From positions 11,893 to 75,892 of the forward strand of contig CAYVFA010000001.1 in assembly GCA_964450075.1 (NCBI GenBank): DNA of 64,000 nt. Reading direction: 5' to 3'. This document shows, in pieces, positions 9,219 to 17,626 of this stretch (position 1 is its first letter; each line of letters starts with the position of its first letter). The DNA comes from an uncultured Smithella sp. GTDB taxonomy: Bacteria; Desulfobacterota; Syntrophia; Syntrophales; Smithellaceae. The notes below the pieces were generated by a model. That model made no database searches. It saw only the letters and a list, made by a program, of their open reading frames with translations, and was not told the origin of the DNA. The position numbers and the translations under genes were made by a program.

Positions 9219-9626
9219 ATGACTTCACAGGATGTTCGCTGGATTCAGCGTTTTAAACATTTTGAACAAGCATATGCTCAGTTGGAAAAGGCCGTGGAGC
9301 TTTCTAAAAAACGTCCGCTAACCGAGCTCGAAGAACAGGGAATCATTCAGGCTTTCGAATACACCCATGAACTGGCGTGGAACGTATTGAAAAACTTTCT
9401 GGAAGAACAGGGCGTGCGAGAGCTTTACGGCTCCAAAGACAGCAGCCGCGAGGCATTCAAACGGGGTCTCATCGAAAACGGAGACGCCTGGATGGACATG
9501 ATCCAAAACAGAAATCTTACCTCCTATACTTACAATAAAGATGTTGCTCAAAAAATTGTCCAAGCGATCCTGGAAAATTATTACGCGGAATTCGGAAGAC
9601 TGTTTGAAAAGTTTAAAAGCCTGTAA
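9219..9626 (+). CDS. HEPN-type nucleotidyltransferase substrate-binding protein (HI0074 family), putative toxin
   Basis: ATG 9219 follows GGAGG. The sequence RWIQRFKHFEQAYAQLEKAVE...IQAFEYTHELAWNVLKNFLE...RNLTSYTY fits the HI0074 family pattern. It is paired with the MNT gene 10 nt downstream. Confidence 0.85.
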   Translation: MTSQDVRWIQRFKHFEQAYAQLEKAVELSKKRPLTELEEQGIIQAFEYTHELAWNVLKNFLEEQGVRELYGSKDSSREAFKRGLIENGDAWMDMIQNRNLTSYTYNKDVAQKIVQAILENYYAEFGRLFEKFKSL

Positions 9627-9635
9627 GGAAAAGCC

Positions 9636-9992
9636 ATGAAATACGGACTCAAAGAATCCGCTATTGAGAAAATCTGCGAAATCTTCAATCGCTATCCACA
9701 GGTGGGCAAAGCTGTTCTGTATGGATCACGCGCCAAAGGAAACTATAAAAACGGGTCTGATATCGACCTGACACTGGATGGCGACGCCGACCTGACGATG
9801 AATGTCCTGTATAGGATTATGGATGATATTGACGACCTGTATCTGCCTTATCATTTTGACCTTTCCATTCTGAAGGATATCCGCGATCAGGATGTCCTCG
9901 ATCATATCCGGCGCATCGGCGTTGTATTCTACGAAAGAAAAGAAATCAGGAAGCTCGAATCAACCTTCGGGGAAGAAATTCATCATGCCTGA
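9636..9992 (+). CDS. Minimal nucleotidyltransferase (MNT, HI0073-like), putative antitoxin
   Basis: LYGSRAKGNYKNGSDIDL is the GS-x10-DxD nucleotidyltransferase motif. The product is 118 aa. Confidence 0.85.
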   Translation: MKYGLKESAIEKICEIFNRYPQVGKAVLYGSRAKGNYKNGSDIDLTLDGDADLTMNVLYRIMDDIDDLYLPYHFDLSILKDIRDQDVLDHIRRIGVVFYERKEIRKLESTFGEEIHHA

Positions 9993-10018
9993 TAAAATAG
10001 CAGAAAATATTAACTGGA

Positions 10019-10034
10019 TGGCAATTCCGTTGCC
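10019..10034 (+). promoter_or_regulatory. Candidate sigma-54 (-24/-12) promoter TGGCAA-TTCCG-TTGCC
   Basis: GG at 10020-10021 and GC at 10032-10033 have the canonical spacing of TGGCAC-N5-TTGC. The site lies 21 nt upstream of the 10055 start codon. The predicted TSS (~10045) would leave only a ~10-nt leader beginning at the GGAGG. Confidence 0.35.
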
Positions 10035-10054
10035 TGAAATTCAAGGAGGTTTTT

Positions 10055-10918
10055 ATGCGTAAAATATTATTGATTCTGGCTTTACTGGTTTTGATGGCTG
10101 TGCCGCTTTATGCCGCGCAATCGACGATTAAGATCGCGGAAGGTTCCGCCTGTATGGGGGATGACAAATCGCGCAAACAAACTGAAACGGCGGCCCTGAC
10201 CGAAGCCAAAAGAAACGCGGTCGAGTCGGTCAAAACCTATGTGTCGTCCGCAACGGAAGTAAAAGATTTTGAACTTCAAAAAGATCTTGTGTCCGCTTAC
10301 GCCAACGCCACGGTTTCAGTGATCGAGACACTGGAAAAGGCCTGGTATAAAGATCCGGCGCAGGGCGACTGTTACAAGATCAAGCTGAAGGCCGAAGTTA
10401 TTCCGGATGAAAAGGCCATGAAGAAAGCCAATGAAAAAGCCAGTGATGCGATCCTTGATGATCCGTCATTGCCTCTGACCGTGAAAGTCTGGACGGATAA
10501 AGCAGCTTATCGCACAGGCGAGAAAATCAAGATTTATCTCAAAGGCAACAAGCCTTTCTTTGCCCGGGTGATTTACCGCGACGCGGCAAAAACCAGCCTG
10601 CAGTTGCTGCCCAATCCCTACCGTCAGGACAATTACTTTCAGGGCGGCGTCATTTATGAAATCCCCTCCGGTAATGATAAATTTGAACTGGAAGTGAATC
10701 CGCCTTTCGGCGAGGAAAATATCATGGTTTATGCCAGTGTTTCCGAACTGGGCGATCTGAATTTGAAGGAAGAAGGCAGTGTCTATGCCGTCAAAACAAA
10801 ATCAAGGGACATTGGCATCAAAACCAGAGGGGTCAAAATTACAGCTGGCGGGCAGGCGAGCGCCACGCAGTCTGCGGAATTTTCCGAAGGCAAAGTGACG
10901 GTTAAGACAAAAAAATGA
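10055..10918 (+). CDS. Exported DUF4384 domain protein with N-terminal LPP20-like module
   Basis: AAGGAGG RBS and signal peptide ...MAVPLYA-A. The DUF4384-like core is LTVKVWTDKAAYRTGEKIKIYLKGNKPFFARVIYRD...LQLLPNPY...FELEVNPPFGEENIMVYAS. Confidence 0.8.
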   Translation: MRKILLILALLVLMAVPLYAAQSTIKIAEGSACMGDDKSRKQTETAALTEAKRNAVESVKTYVSSATEVKDFELQKDLVSAYANATVSVIETLEKAWYKDPAQGDCYKIKLKAEVIPDEKAMKKANEKASDAILDDPSLPLTVKVWTDKAAYRTGEKIKIYLKGNKPFFARVIYRDAAKTSLQLLPNPYRQDNYFQGGVIYEIPSGNDKFELEVNPPFGEENIMVYASVSELGDLNLKEEGSVYAVKTKSRDIGIKTRGVKITAGGQASATQSAEFSEGKVTVKTKK

Positions 10919-10934
10919 GGCAAAAGGAGCAGAG

Positions 10935-13268
10935 ATGTCTGTTTGTCGAACAGTAGTAATCGTCTGTTTTGCGCTTTTTCTTTCTTCCTGTGCGGCGACG
11001 CCTGTTTTGACCGGAAAAGGTGATATGTCGCGGGAAATTAAACAAAAAGCTCCCGCAGTGGGTAAGGTGGATATCTCTCCGGATGGACGATACGCTTTGT
11101 CGAGCAGCTTTGATTCTTTTATCCTTTGGGACATCCGGCAGGGTGTGAAAATACAGACTTTCAATCATGTTAGCGGCATGGGTTTTACAGTCGCGGTTGC
11201 TTTTTCGCCTGATGGAAAATATTTTGCCTCCGGTGGCAAAGGAACAAAACTTTGGGATTTGGCTACAAGACAGGAAATAATGACATTGGATGATGAGGGA
11301 ACGATCTCTGTCGCTTTCTCTCCTGATGGAAAATATCTTTTGTGCGGGAATACTTCTTTAGACTTGAACTTGCTTTCGGCACCTAAACCTCACACCATGA
11401 AAATCTTTGATGTGGCAACGGGACGAAAAGTCAGAGATTTTAAATTACATAAAAAAGATGTTATCTGCGCTGTTGCCTTTTCTCCGGATGGCAAATATGC
11501 ATTATCGGGCGGCAGTTTCGGCAATATTGAACTATGGAGTATATCGTCCGGGACGTCCGTGAAAACAGTGGCAGGAAGTGATGGTGCTTTTCTTCTGCCT
11601 CCTCGTGTTAATGCCGTTTCTTTTTCTTCAGATGGTGAATATGCCCTGTCGGGCGGACACGATAATCTTGTTAAATTGTGGAATACAAAAAACTTAACAC
11701 TGATCAGGACATTTGCCGGTCACTCTGGTATGGGCGGAGTTAGTTCCGTGGATTTTTCACGGGACGGTAAATATATTGTGTCCGCAGGATGGAATGGGAA
11801 CATAAAAATATGGGATTTGGCGACGGGAGCCAAATTAAAAGCTTTTAGCGGCAATATTGTTACAACGCAGGCCGGCACTTCGGCGAAATTCTTTCCAAAT
11901 GGCAGGCAGGTGATATCCGCAGGTGACGCTTCCACCCGAATATGGGATGCCGCCACAGGCGAAGAAATTGCTTCCATGATTGATTTTGAAGACGGCGAAT
12001 GGATTATAACAACAGCCAATGGCTATTATACCTCCTCCCCTAAAGGCGATCAGTATCTCGGCGTTACCGTCGGCGGTAAGGAATACAGCACAGAGCAGTT
12101 GCGGGAGAGTTTCTACCGTCCCGATCTTGTTCAGGTAGCACTTGGGGGTGGATCTTTAAAAGATCTGAAAAAGGTGGCGGATGTCAAACCGCCTCCGGTA
12201 GTGGCCATCGTCGATACGCCTAAAAGCATCGACAAGAGCGATGCGACCATCACCTTGAAAATTACCGATGCCGGTGGCGGCATTGGCGATATCCGGCTTT
12301 ACCTCAACGGGTCTGCTGTCATGCTGGACAGCACCAGAGGTGTAAAAGTTGTTACATCCAATCAGAGCGAAATTACAAAAACCTATCAACTGAAACTATC
12401 AAGCGGCGTGAACGTTGTCAGGGCCATTGCCTTTAATGCCGATAATACCATGCAAAGCACAGACGCTGTTCAGGAAATTACAGCGGCATTTAAAGCTGTC
12501 GGCAAGCCTTATCTTTATGCGTTGGTCATAGGCATCAACGAGTATAAAAACCCAAAACTCCAACTGAATTACGCTGTCGCTGATTCCGATCTGTTTGCCA
12601 ACACGCTTCAACAAGGCGCATCCTCTCTTTTTGAGAAAGTAACCATAAAAAAGCTTTCTTCTAAAGAAGAGACAACCCGGGAAAACATCTTAAAAGAACT
12701 CAAAGCCATGCAGTCGTTAAACCCCGACGACCTGTTTGTCTTCTATGTGGCAAGCCACGGTACAGTTGACGACGGAGAGTATTTTCTGATTACGTCCAAT
12801 GTCGGTTCTGTATCGACAGCAAAGCTCAAAACGGATGCGGTCAGTCAGAACTCATTGAAAGAACTGATTGCCAACATTCCCGCGACCAAGAAGCTGATCG
12901 TCATCGATACATGCAGTGCCGGTCAATTAGGCGATGTTATCCAAACGGCCATGCTGACGCGTGGCATGAGCGAAGCCACGGCCATGAAGGTGTTGAGCCG
13001 TGCGGTGGGCTCAACCATTCTTTCTGCTTCTACTTCGATTCAGGAAGCGCTGGAAGGATACAACGGGCATGGGCTCTTTACCTATGTCCTGGCGGATGGA
13101 TTGAAGGGCAAGGCGGACAAGAGCAAGACCGGGTTTATTAAGACAACAGAGCTGGCGGATTACGTGGATAATGAGGTACCCGCTCTTGCTGAAAAAGTAT
13201 TCAAACGGGCGCAGTACCCGACCATATCCATCAGCGGGCAGGGTTTTCCGATCGGAAAGGTAAAATAA
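10935..13268 (+). CDS. Lipoprotein WD40-repeat - Ig-like - caspase (C14) protein
   Basis: AAGGAG RBS and lipobox FLSSC. There are at least 7 WD40 units (VAFSPDGKYFASGG..KLWDL, GHDNLVKLWNT, GWNGNIKIWDLATG). The caspase His codon is 12756-12758 (FYVASHG) and the Cys codon is 12912-12914 (VIDTCSAG). Confidence 0.9.
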   Translation: MSVCRTVVIVCFALFLSSCAATPVLTGKGDMSREIKQKAPAVGKVDISPDGRYALSSSFDSFILWDIRQGVKIQTFNHVSGMGFTVAVAFSPDGKYFASGGKGTKLWDLATRQEIMTLDDEGTISVAFSPDGKYLLCGNTSLDLNLLSAPKPHTMKIFDVATGRKVRDFKLHKKDVICAVAFSPDGKYALSGGSFGNIELWSISSGTSVKTVAGSDGAFLLPPRVNAVSFSSDGEYALSGGHDNLVKLWNTKNLTLIRTFAGHSGMGGVSSVDFSRDGKYIVSAGWNGNIKIWDLATGAKLKAFSGNIVTTQAGTSAKFFPNGRQVISAGDASTRIWDAATGEEIASMIDFEDGEWIITTANGYYTSSPKGDQYLGVTVGGKEYSTEQLRESFYRPDLVQVALGGGSLKDLKKVADVKPPPVVAIVDTPKSIDKSDATITLKITDAGGGIGDIRLYLNGSAVMLDSTRGVKVVTSNQSEITKTYQLKLSSGVNVVRAIAFNADNTMQSTDAVQEITAAFKAVGKPYLYALVIGINEYKNPKLQLNYAVADSDLFANTLQQGASSLFEKVTIKKLSSKEETTRENILKELKAMQSLNPDDLFVFYVASHGTVDDGEYFLITSNVGSVSTAKLKTDAVSQNSLKELIANIPATKKLIVIDTCSAGQLGDVIQTAMLTRGMSEATAMKVLSRAVGSTILSASTSIQEALEGYNGHGLFTYVLADGLKGKADKSKTGFIKTTELADYVDNEVPALAEKVFKRAQYPTISISGQGFPIGKVK

Positions 13269-13275
13269 GAAAGAA

Positions 13276-13310
13276 GGTTCAGGGTTCAAGGTGAAAAGCT
13301 GAAAGCGGTG
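13276..13310. repeat. Degenerate heptanucleotide tandem repeat (GGTTCAG GGTTCAA GGTGAAA AGCTGAA AGCGGTG)
   Basis: Read directly. It begins 8 nt after the stop codon at 13266-13268. Confidence 0.5.
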
Positions 13311-13345
13311 ATGTGTAACAAATGACAAGGAAATGGAGATGAAAG

Positions 13346-15139
13346 ATGAAAAGATTATGGGTTTACTCTTGGGTGATCATGGCTCTGGTTCTCTCTTTTG
13401 CCGCGGCGCGGGAAACACTGGCGCAAAATCCCACACCCATGAAGGTCGCCCTCATTTTTGATATCGGCGGCAGAGGCGACGGCGGATTTAACGATTCCGC
13501 ATACAACGGTCTGGAAAAGGCAGTTACCGAACTGGGGGTGAAAGCCGTCTATGTCGAACACAAGAGAAATCTGGAACTGGATCATGCTATAAATGAGGCG
13601 TTGGCTTCAGATGTGGGGATGATTATCGGCGTTGGATTTGCAGTTTCAGACAAGCTGGATAAACTGGCCGCAAAATATCCTGATAAAAAATTCGTCTGCG
13701 TGGATTATAGCGTGAAGCATGACGACAAAGGCCGGATTATTCCATTGCCTGCCAATCTGGCCGGGCTCACGTTCAAAGAAGAGGAAGGTTCTTATCTGGT
13801 CGGGGCGATGGCGGCCTTAAAAAGCAAAACAGGGGAAATCGGTTTTATCGGCGGTATGGACAGTCCGATCATCCGTAAATTTCAGGCAGGCTATCAGGCC
13901 GGTGCGCTTGCTGTCCGGCAGGATATTCGCGTGTCATCAAAATATGCGGGGATAACCGGTCAGGCATTTAATGATCCGCAAAAAGGATACCAAATTGCAA
14001 GCCGCATGTATAAAGAGGGCGCGGATATTATCTATCATGCGTCAGGGGCGACGGGCGCCGGGCTTTTCGAGGCAGCAAAGAAGATGAAACGTCTGGCCAT
14101 CGGTGTGGATATAGATCAGAGCGCGCAGGCTCCCGGACTTGTCCTGACAAGCATGACCAAGCATATCGATGTGGCGGTCTTCGAGAGCGTGAGGTCCTGT
14201 GTTCGGGGAAACTTTTCCGGAGGTTTGAAGACCTTCGGTCTGAAAGAAAACGGTGTCGGCTTTGTATATAATGATCAAAACAAGAAGCTGATTCCTGTGG
14301 AAATTCACAAAAAAGTCCTGGCGCTGCAGGCGAAGATCATTGCGGGGGCATTGACGGTTCCCACCGAGAGTAACCATCAGCTTCTGCTTTCCCGAAAAGA
14401 TCTGCAAGACCTTCTGTCGGGATTGCATTCGGAGGTCAACACGGCGCTTGGCAAGCTGGACGGCGATGTTAAGCGAAGCGCGCAGGCCCTGAACGGCAGG
14501 GACTTGAAGGGCGATTCCGCCCGGGACGTACTCAAAAAGCTCTATGATGCGAATTCATATATCATTGACTGCGAAACGGTGAGCAATTCGGGAATTATGC
14601 TGGTTGTTGAACCGCCCGCGCACCGGACGTCCGAGGGCGCCGATATCAGCAAGCAGGCGCATATGGTCAAGCTATTCAAAACCCATAAGCCGGTGATGAG
14701 CGGTTCTTTCCGTTCCGTCGAAGGTCCCCAAGCTGTTGTCATACATTATCCCGTATTTTCATCGGGGCATCGGTTTGAGGGGTCGGTGGCGGCGCTCTTT
14801 GCCCCGGAACATCTTTTGTCGAGCATCATCGGACCGGTTGCTTCGAACCTGCCAGTCGATATCTTCCTGATGCAAACCGACGGTCTGGTTATTTATGATG
14901 TTGATGTGACGCAGATCGGGCGTAATGTTTTTACGGACCCCTTATATCAGCCCTTTCCGGACCTGATTGATCTGGCAAAAAAAGTGGCTGACACGAACGA
15001 TGGAACGGGTGTTTTCCGTTTCTATCAGATGGGCGGCAAAACGCCGGTGACGCATGTAGCGTATTGGAGGACCGTCAAGCTGCATGGTGCGACGTGGCGT
15101 CTTGTGATTACCTGTGCAAAGGACCATATCGAAAAATGA
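13346..15139 (+). CDS. Exported BMP/PnrA-family substrate-binding domain fused to a C-terminal Cache-like sensor domain
   Basis: Signal peptide is present. KVALIFDIGGRGDGGFNDSAYNGLEKA...GFIGGMDSPIIRKFQAGY is typical of BMP-family ABC substrate-binding proteins. The C-terminal ~230 aa look like a Cache/PDC fold, which is a weaker call. No permease or ATPase genes are adjacent. Confidence 0.7.
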   Translation: MKRLWVYSWVIMALVLSFAAARETLAQNPTPMKVALIFDIGGRGDGGFNDSAYNGLEKAVTELGVKAVYVEHKRNLELDHAINEALASDVGMIIGVGFAVSDKLDKLAAKYPDKKFVCVDYSVKHDDKGRIIPLPANLAGLTFKEEEGSYLVGAMAALKSKTGEIGFIGGMDSPIIRKFQAGYQAGALAVRQDIRVSSKYAGITGQAFNDPQKGYQIASRMYKEGADIIYHASGATGAGLFEAAKKMKRLAIGVDIDQSAQAPGLVLTSMTKHIDVAVFESVRSCVRGNFSGGLKTFGLKENGVGFVYNDQNKKLIPVEIHKKVLALQAKIIAGALTVPTESNHQLLLSRKDLQDLLSGLHSEVNTALGKLDGDVKRSAQALNGRDLKGDSARDVLKKLYDANSYIIDCETVSNSGIMLVVEPPAHRTSEGADISKQAHMVKLFKTHKPVMSGSFRSVEGPQAVVIHYPVFSSGHRFEGSVAALFAPEHLLSSIIGPVASNLPVDIFLMQTDGLVIYDVDVTQIGRNVFTDPLYQPFPDLIDLAKKVADTNDGTGVFRFYQMGGKTPVTHVAYWRTVKLHGATWRLVITCAKDHIEK

Positions 15140-15177
15140 AACGGGCAGAATAAACCTGCGGTTTACGCTGCCCGTTT
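15139..15177. terminator. Hairpin between convergent genes (AAACGGGCAG...CTGCCCGTTT)
   Basis: 10-bp stem (15139-15148 / 15168-15177) with an inner AAACC/GGTTT stem. It lies between stop 15139 (+) and stop 15188 (-). Confidence 0.5.
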
Positions 15178-15187
15178 ATAGATCACA

Positions 15188-17020
15188 CTAGAACTTATAT
15201 CTACCTGCCTCTATGTTGTGGTAAATTTCATCAGTCAAGGCCACATAGCCTTCATTTTCCGGCAAAAGCACATAGATTTCTTCCTTTACCTGTGACAAGT
15301 CGAATGCCTGGGCCTTGAGGTTTGTTTTCTTTATCTTGTGGGTGGCAGTCCACTCGAAATCGGGCACGAAACGAACAAAAATCGGCACGGCATATTTGGG
15401 GAGGCTTGCTTTGAGATGCGAGGCCAGCCTGGATATATCAAGGGATTCTTTTTCATCTTTGACGATAGCCGCCATTCCCGCCTTGCCGTCACAGCCGTGA
15501 ATGGAAATACCGTACACTGCGGAGGATGAAACACCCGGGAAAGTATCAATAGCCTTTTCGACTTCTTGCGTGGCGACATTCTCACCTTTCCAGCGGAACG
15601 TATCGCCCAGCCGGTCGGCAAATTGCGCATGTCGAAATCCCATATTCCTGAGCAGATCCCCCGTGTTAAACCACAGGTCTCCCTTTTTGAAGGCGTTGCG
15701 GATGATTTTTTCCTCTGTTTTTTTCTTGTCGGAATAGCCGGGGAAGGGCGTCTTTTCAGTAATTTCCATAATTAAAAGGCCGGTTTCGCCTTTGCCGACT
15801 TTTTTCAGGTATCCTTGAGCGTCTCTGACCGGCACATCGTTTTCAGTGTCGTAGGCGACCAGGGCAAAAGGCGTGACGCTTGTTCCGACGCTGTAATCAA
15901 AGTTAAAAATATTGGTGAAAACGCCCACACCTTCGGCGGCGCCGTAAAATTCATAAATTTTCTTAATGCCGAAACGCTTTTTGAAAGCCATCCAGATATC
16001 GGGCCTCAGACCGTTGCCGACAATATATTTCAGCGTGGTTTGGTGGTCGTCGGGCTTGGCGGGCAGGGCCATCAGATAGCGACAGACTTCTCCCACATAA
16101 ACAAAGTGGGTTGCCTGAAATTGCCGGACATCGTCCAGAAATTTGCTGGCGCTGAATTTTCGGCGCAGGGCCACTGCCGCTCCGTTATACAGCGCCGGAG
16201 GCCACCCCACGGTAATGGCGTTGGTATGGAAAAAGGGCAGCGGAATGTAGATGGTATCGGAGGGTTTTACGCGCATGACGACTCTTCCAAACCAGAACAT
16301 GGCGGAGACGGCGCGTTTATTGATGATGACCGCCGCCTTGGGCAGGCCGCCGGTTGTGCCGGACGTGTAAACGTAGGATACCGGGTCCTTGAGCGTGACG
16401 CTCGGGGTTGTCGTTGGATTTAATGAACTCATCAGGTCGAGTTCATCCGTGATGTCTTTGATATCTTTGGGTGAGATTTTACCCGTATCCCGGACCATGA
16501 CCAGTGTCGATTTCTCCAGGTTGATTGACGCGCGGGATTCGCTGAAAAAGCCATAGCACTCCTCGCCGATGATGACGACCTTACCGGGATTCAAATTGAA
16601 ACTATGCACCAGAGAATCACCCCGCTGGTTCGTATTGATGAGAGAAGCGATAGCGCCGACTTTGGAACAGCCGCAATAAGCGGCAAGCAGTTCCGGCCGG
16701 TTTTCAAAACAGAGCGCCACCACATCGCCCTTGCCCACGCCCTTGGAGATGAGGTAATGGGCGAAACGGTTGGCGCGTTCGTTTAATTCACTATAGGTGA
16801 GCGATCCATCCGGTGATTTAACTGCCGGGTTTTGAGGAAATTGCTTTGCGATTTTTTCCAGCTCCAGACCCCAGGAATTATTCTTGTTGCTGCCGATGCT
16901 CTTGAGACCTTTAACGGTGCTCACGATCATCGACGGCAGCCGCCACAGGATCTGAGATATTTTAGTAATAAATTCCGATAAACTGATGGTGGTGTTAATT
17001 TTGGCCGGTTGTGTGCTCAT
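15188..17020 (-). CDS. Very-long-chain acyl-CoA synthetase / fatty-acid transport protein (FATP) family
   Basis: YVYTSGTTGGLPKAAVI and FADRLGDTFRWKGENVATQEVE are FATP-type AMP-binding motifs. Confidence 0.88.
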   Translation of the reverse strand: MSTQPAKINTTISLSEFITKISQILWRLPSMIVSTVKGLKSIGSNKNNSWGLELEKIAKQFPQNPAVKSPDGSLTYSELNERANRFAHYLISKGVGKGDVVALCFENRPELLAAYCGCSKVGAIASLINTNQRGDSLVHSFNLNPGKVVIIGEECYGFFSESRASINLEKSTLVMVRDTGKISPKDIKDITDELDLMSSLNPTTTPSVTLKDPVSYVYTSGTTGGLPKAAVIINKRAVSAMFWFGRVVMRVKPSDTIYIPLPFFHTNAITVGWPPALYNGAAVALRRKFSASKFLDDVRQFQATHFVYVGEVCRYLMALPAKPDDHQTTLKYIVGNGLRPDIWMAFKKRFGIKKIYEFYGAAEGVGVFTNIFNFDYSVGTSVTPFALVAYDTENDVPVRDAQGYLKKVGKGETGLLIMEITEKTPFPGYSDKKKTEEKIIRNAFKKGDLWFNTGDLLRNMGFRHAQFADRLGDTFRWKGENVATQEVEKAIDTFPGVSSSAVYGISIHGCDGKAGMAAIVKDEKESLDISRLASHLKASLPKYAVPIFVRFVPDFEWTATHKIKKTNLKAQAFDLSQVKEEIYVLLPENEGYVALTDEIYHNIEAGRYKF

Positions 17021-17037
17021 GCTTTCTGCTCCTTGTT

Positions 17038-17496
17038 TTATTTTCGTTTTGCGCAGGCTTCTTTTTCAACGGGATACCAGATGCTACCCCCATTGATCAG
17101 AAACCGCTCAGGTTTGTCTTCGTTGGCTTCGTGAATGACGTTTCTATTTTTATCCAGGTAAACAAATCTTGTAAACCGGATCAAATGACGGGAACAATTA
17201 ATTTCGCAGAAAATTTCTACGGACTTGAATTCATGATGGGGTTTTCTGACGGACGCCAGATATTCGTTGATGGAGCGCAGATATTTGCTGCGGGCTGACG
17301 GAGCGATTTTGATCCATATGGCTTGCGTGTCGTGAGCAGGCGATCTCAAACGGGCCATGTCGGCAAAAACGGGATCACGATATTTTGTATAGCCGGTCAG
17401 CTGCCAATTGCTTGTCATTTTTTCGGCAAACAGGATTGCAGGCAGGATCATCAACAGGCAGACTAGAAATAATACGGATTTCCATTTCATCATCAT
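17038..17496 (-). CDS. Hypothetical exported protein
   Basis: Signal peptide MMMKWKSVLFLVCLLMILPAILFA-E. It lies 17 nt upstream of the FATP gene on the same strand. No family recognised. Confidence 0.55.
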   Translation of the reverse strand: MMMKWKSVLFLVCLLMILPAILFAEKMTSNWQLTGYTKYRDPVFADMARLRSPAHDTQAIWIKIAPSARSKYLRSINEYLASVRKPHHEFKSVEIFCEINCSRHLIRFTRFVYLDKNRNVIHEANEDKPERFLINGGSIWYPVEKEACAKRK

Positions 17497-17626
17497 TGAA
17501 TCTCCCTTTCCGGTTTTTATGAAGGCACTCTATACTATAAAAATACTTGCAATTGAAATAGATTAATTTTAACTATAAGCCGAAATCGTAAAAAGTCGTA
17601 TTGAAATCAGATTGTAAGGAGTGCTT

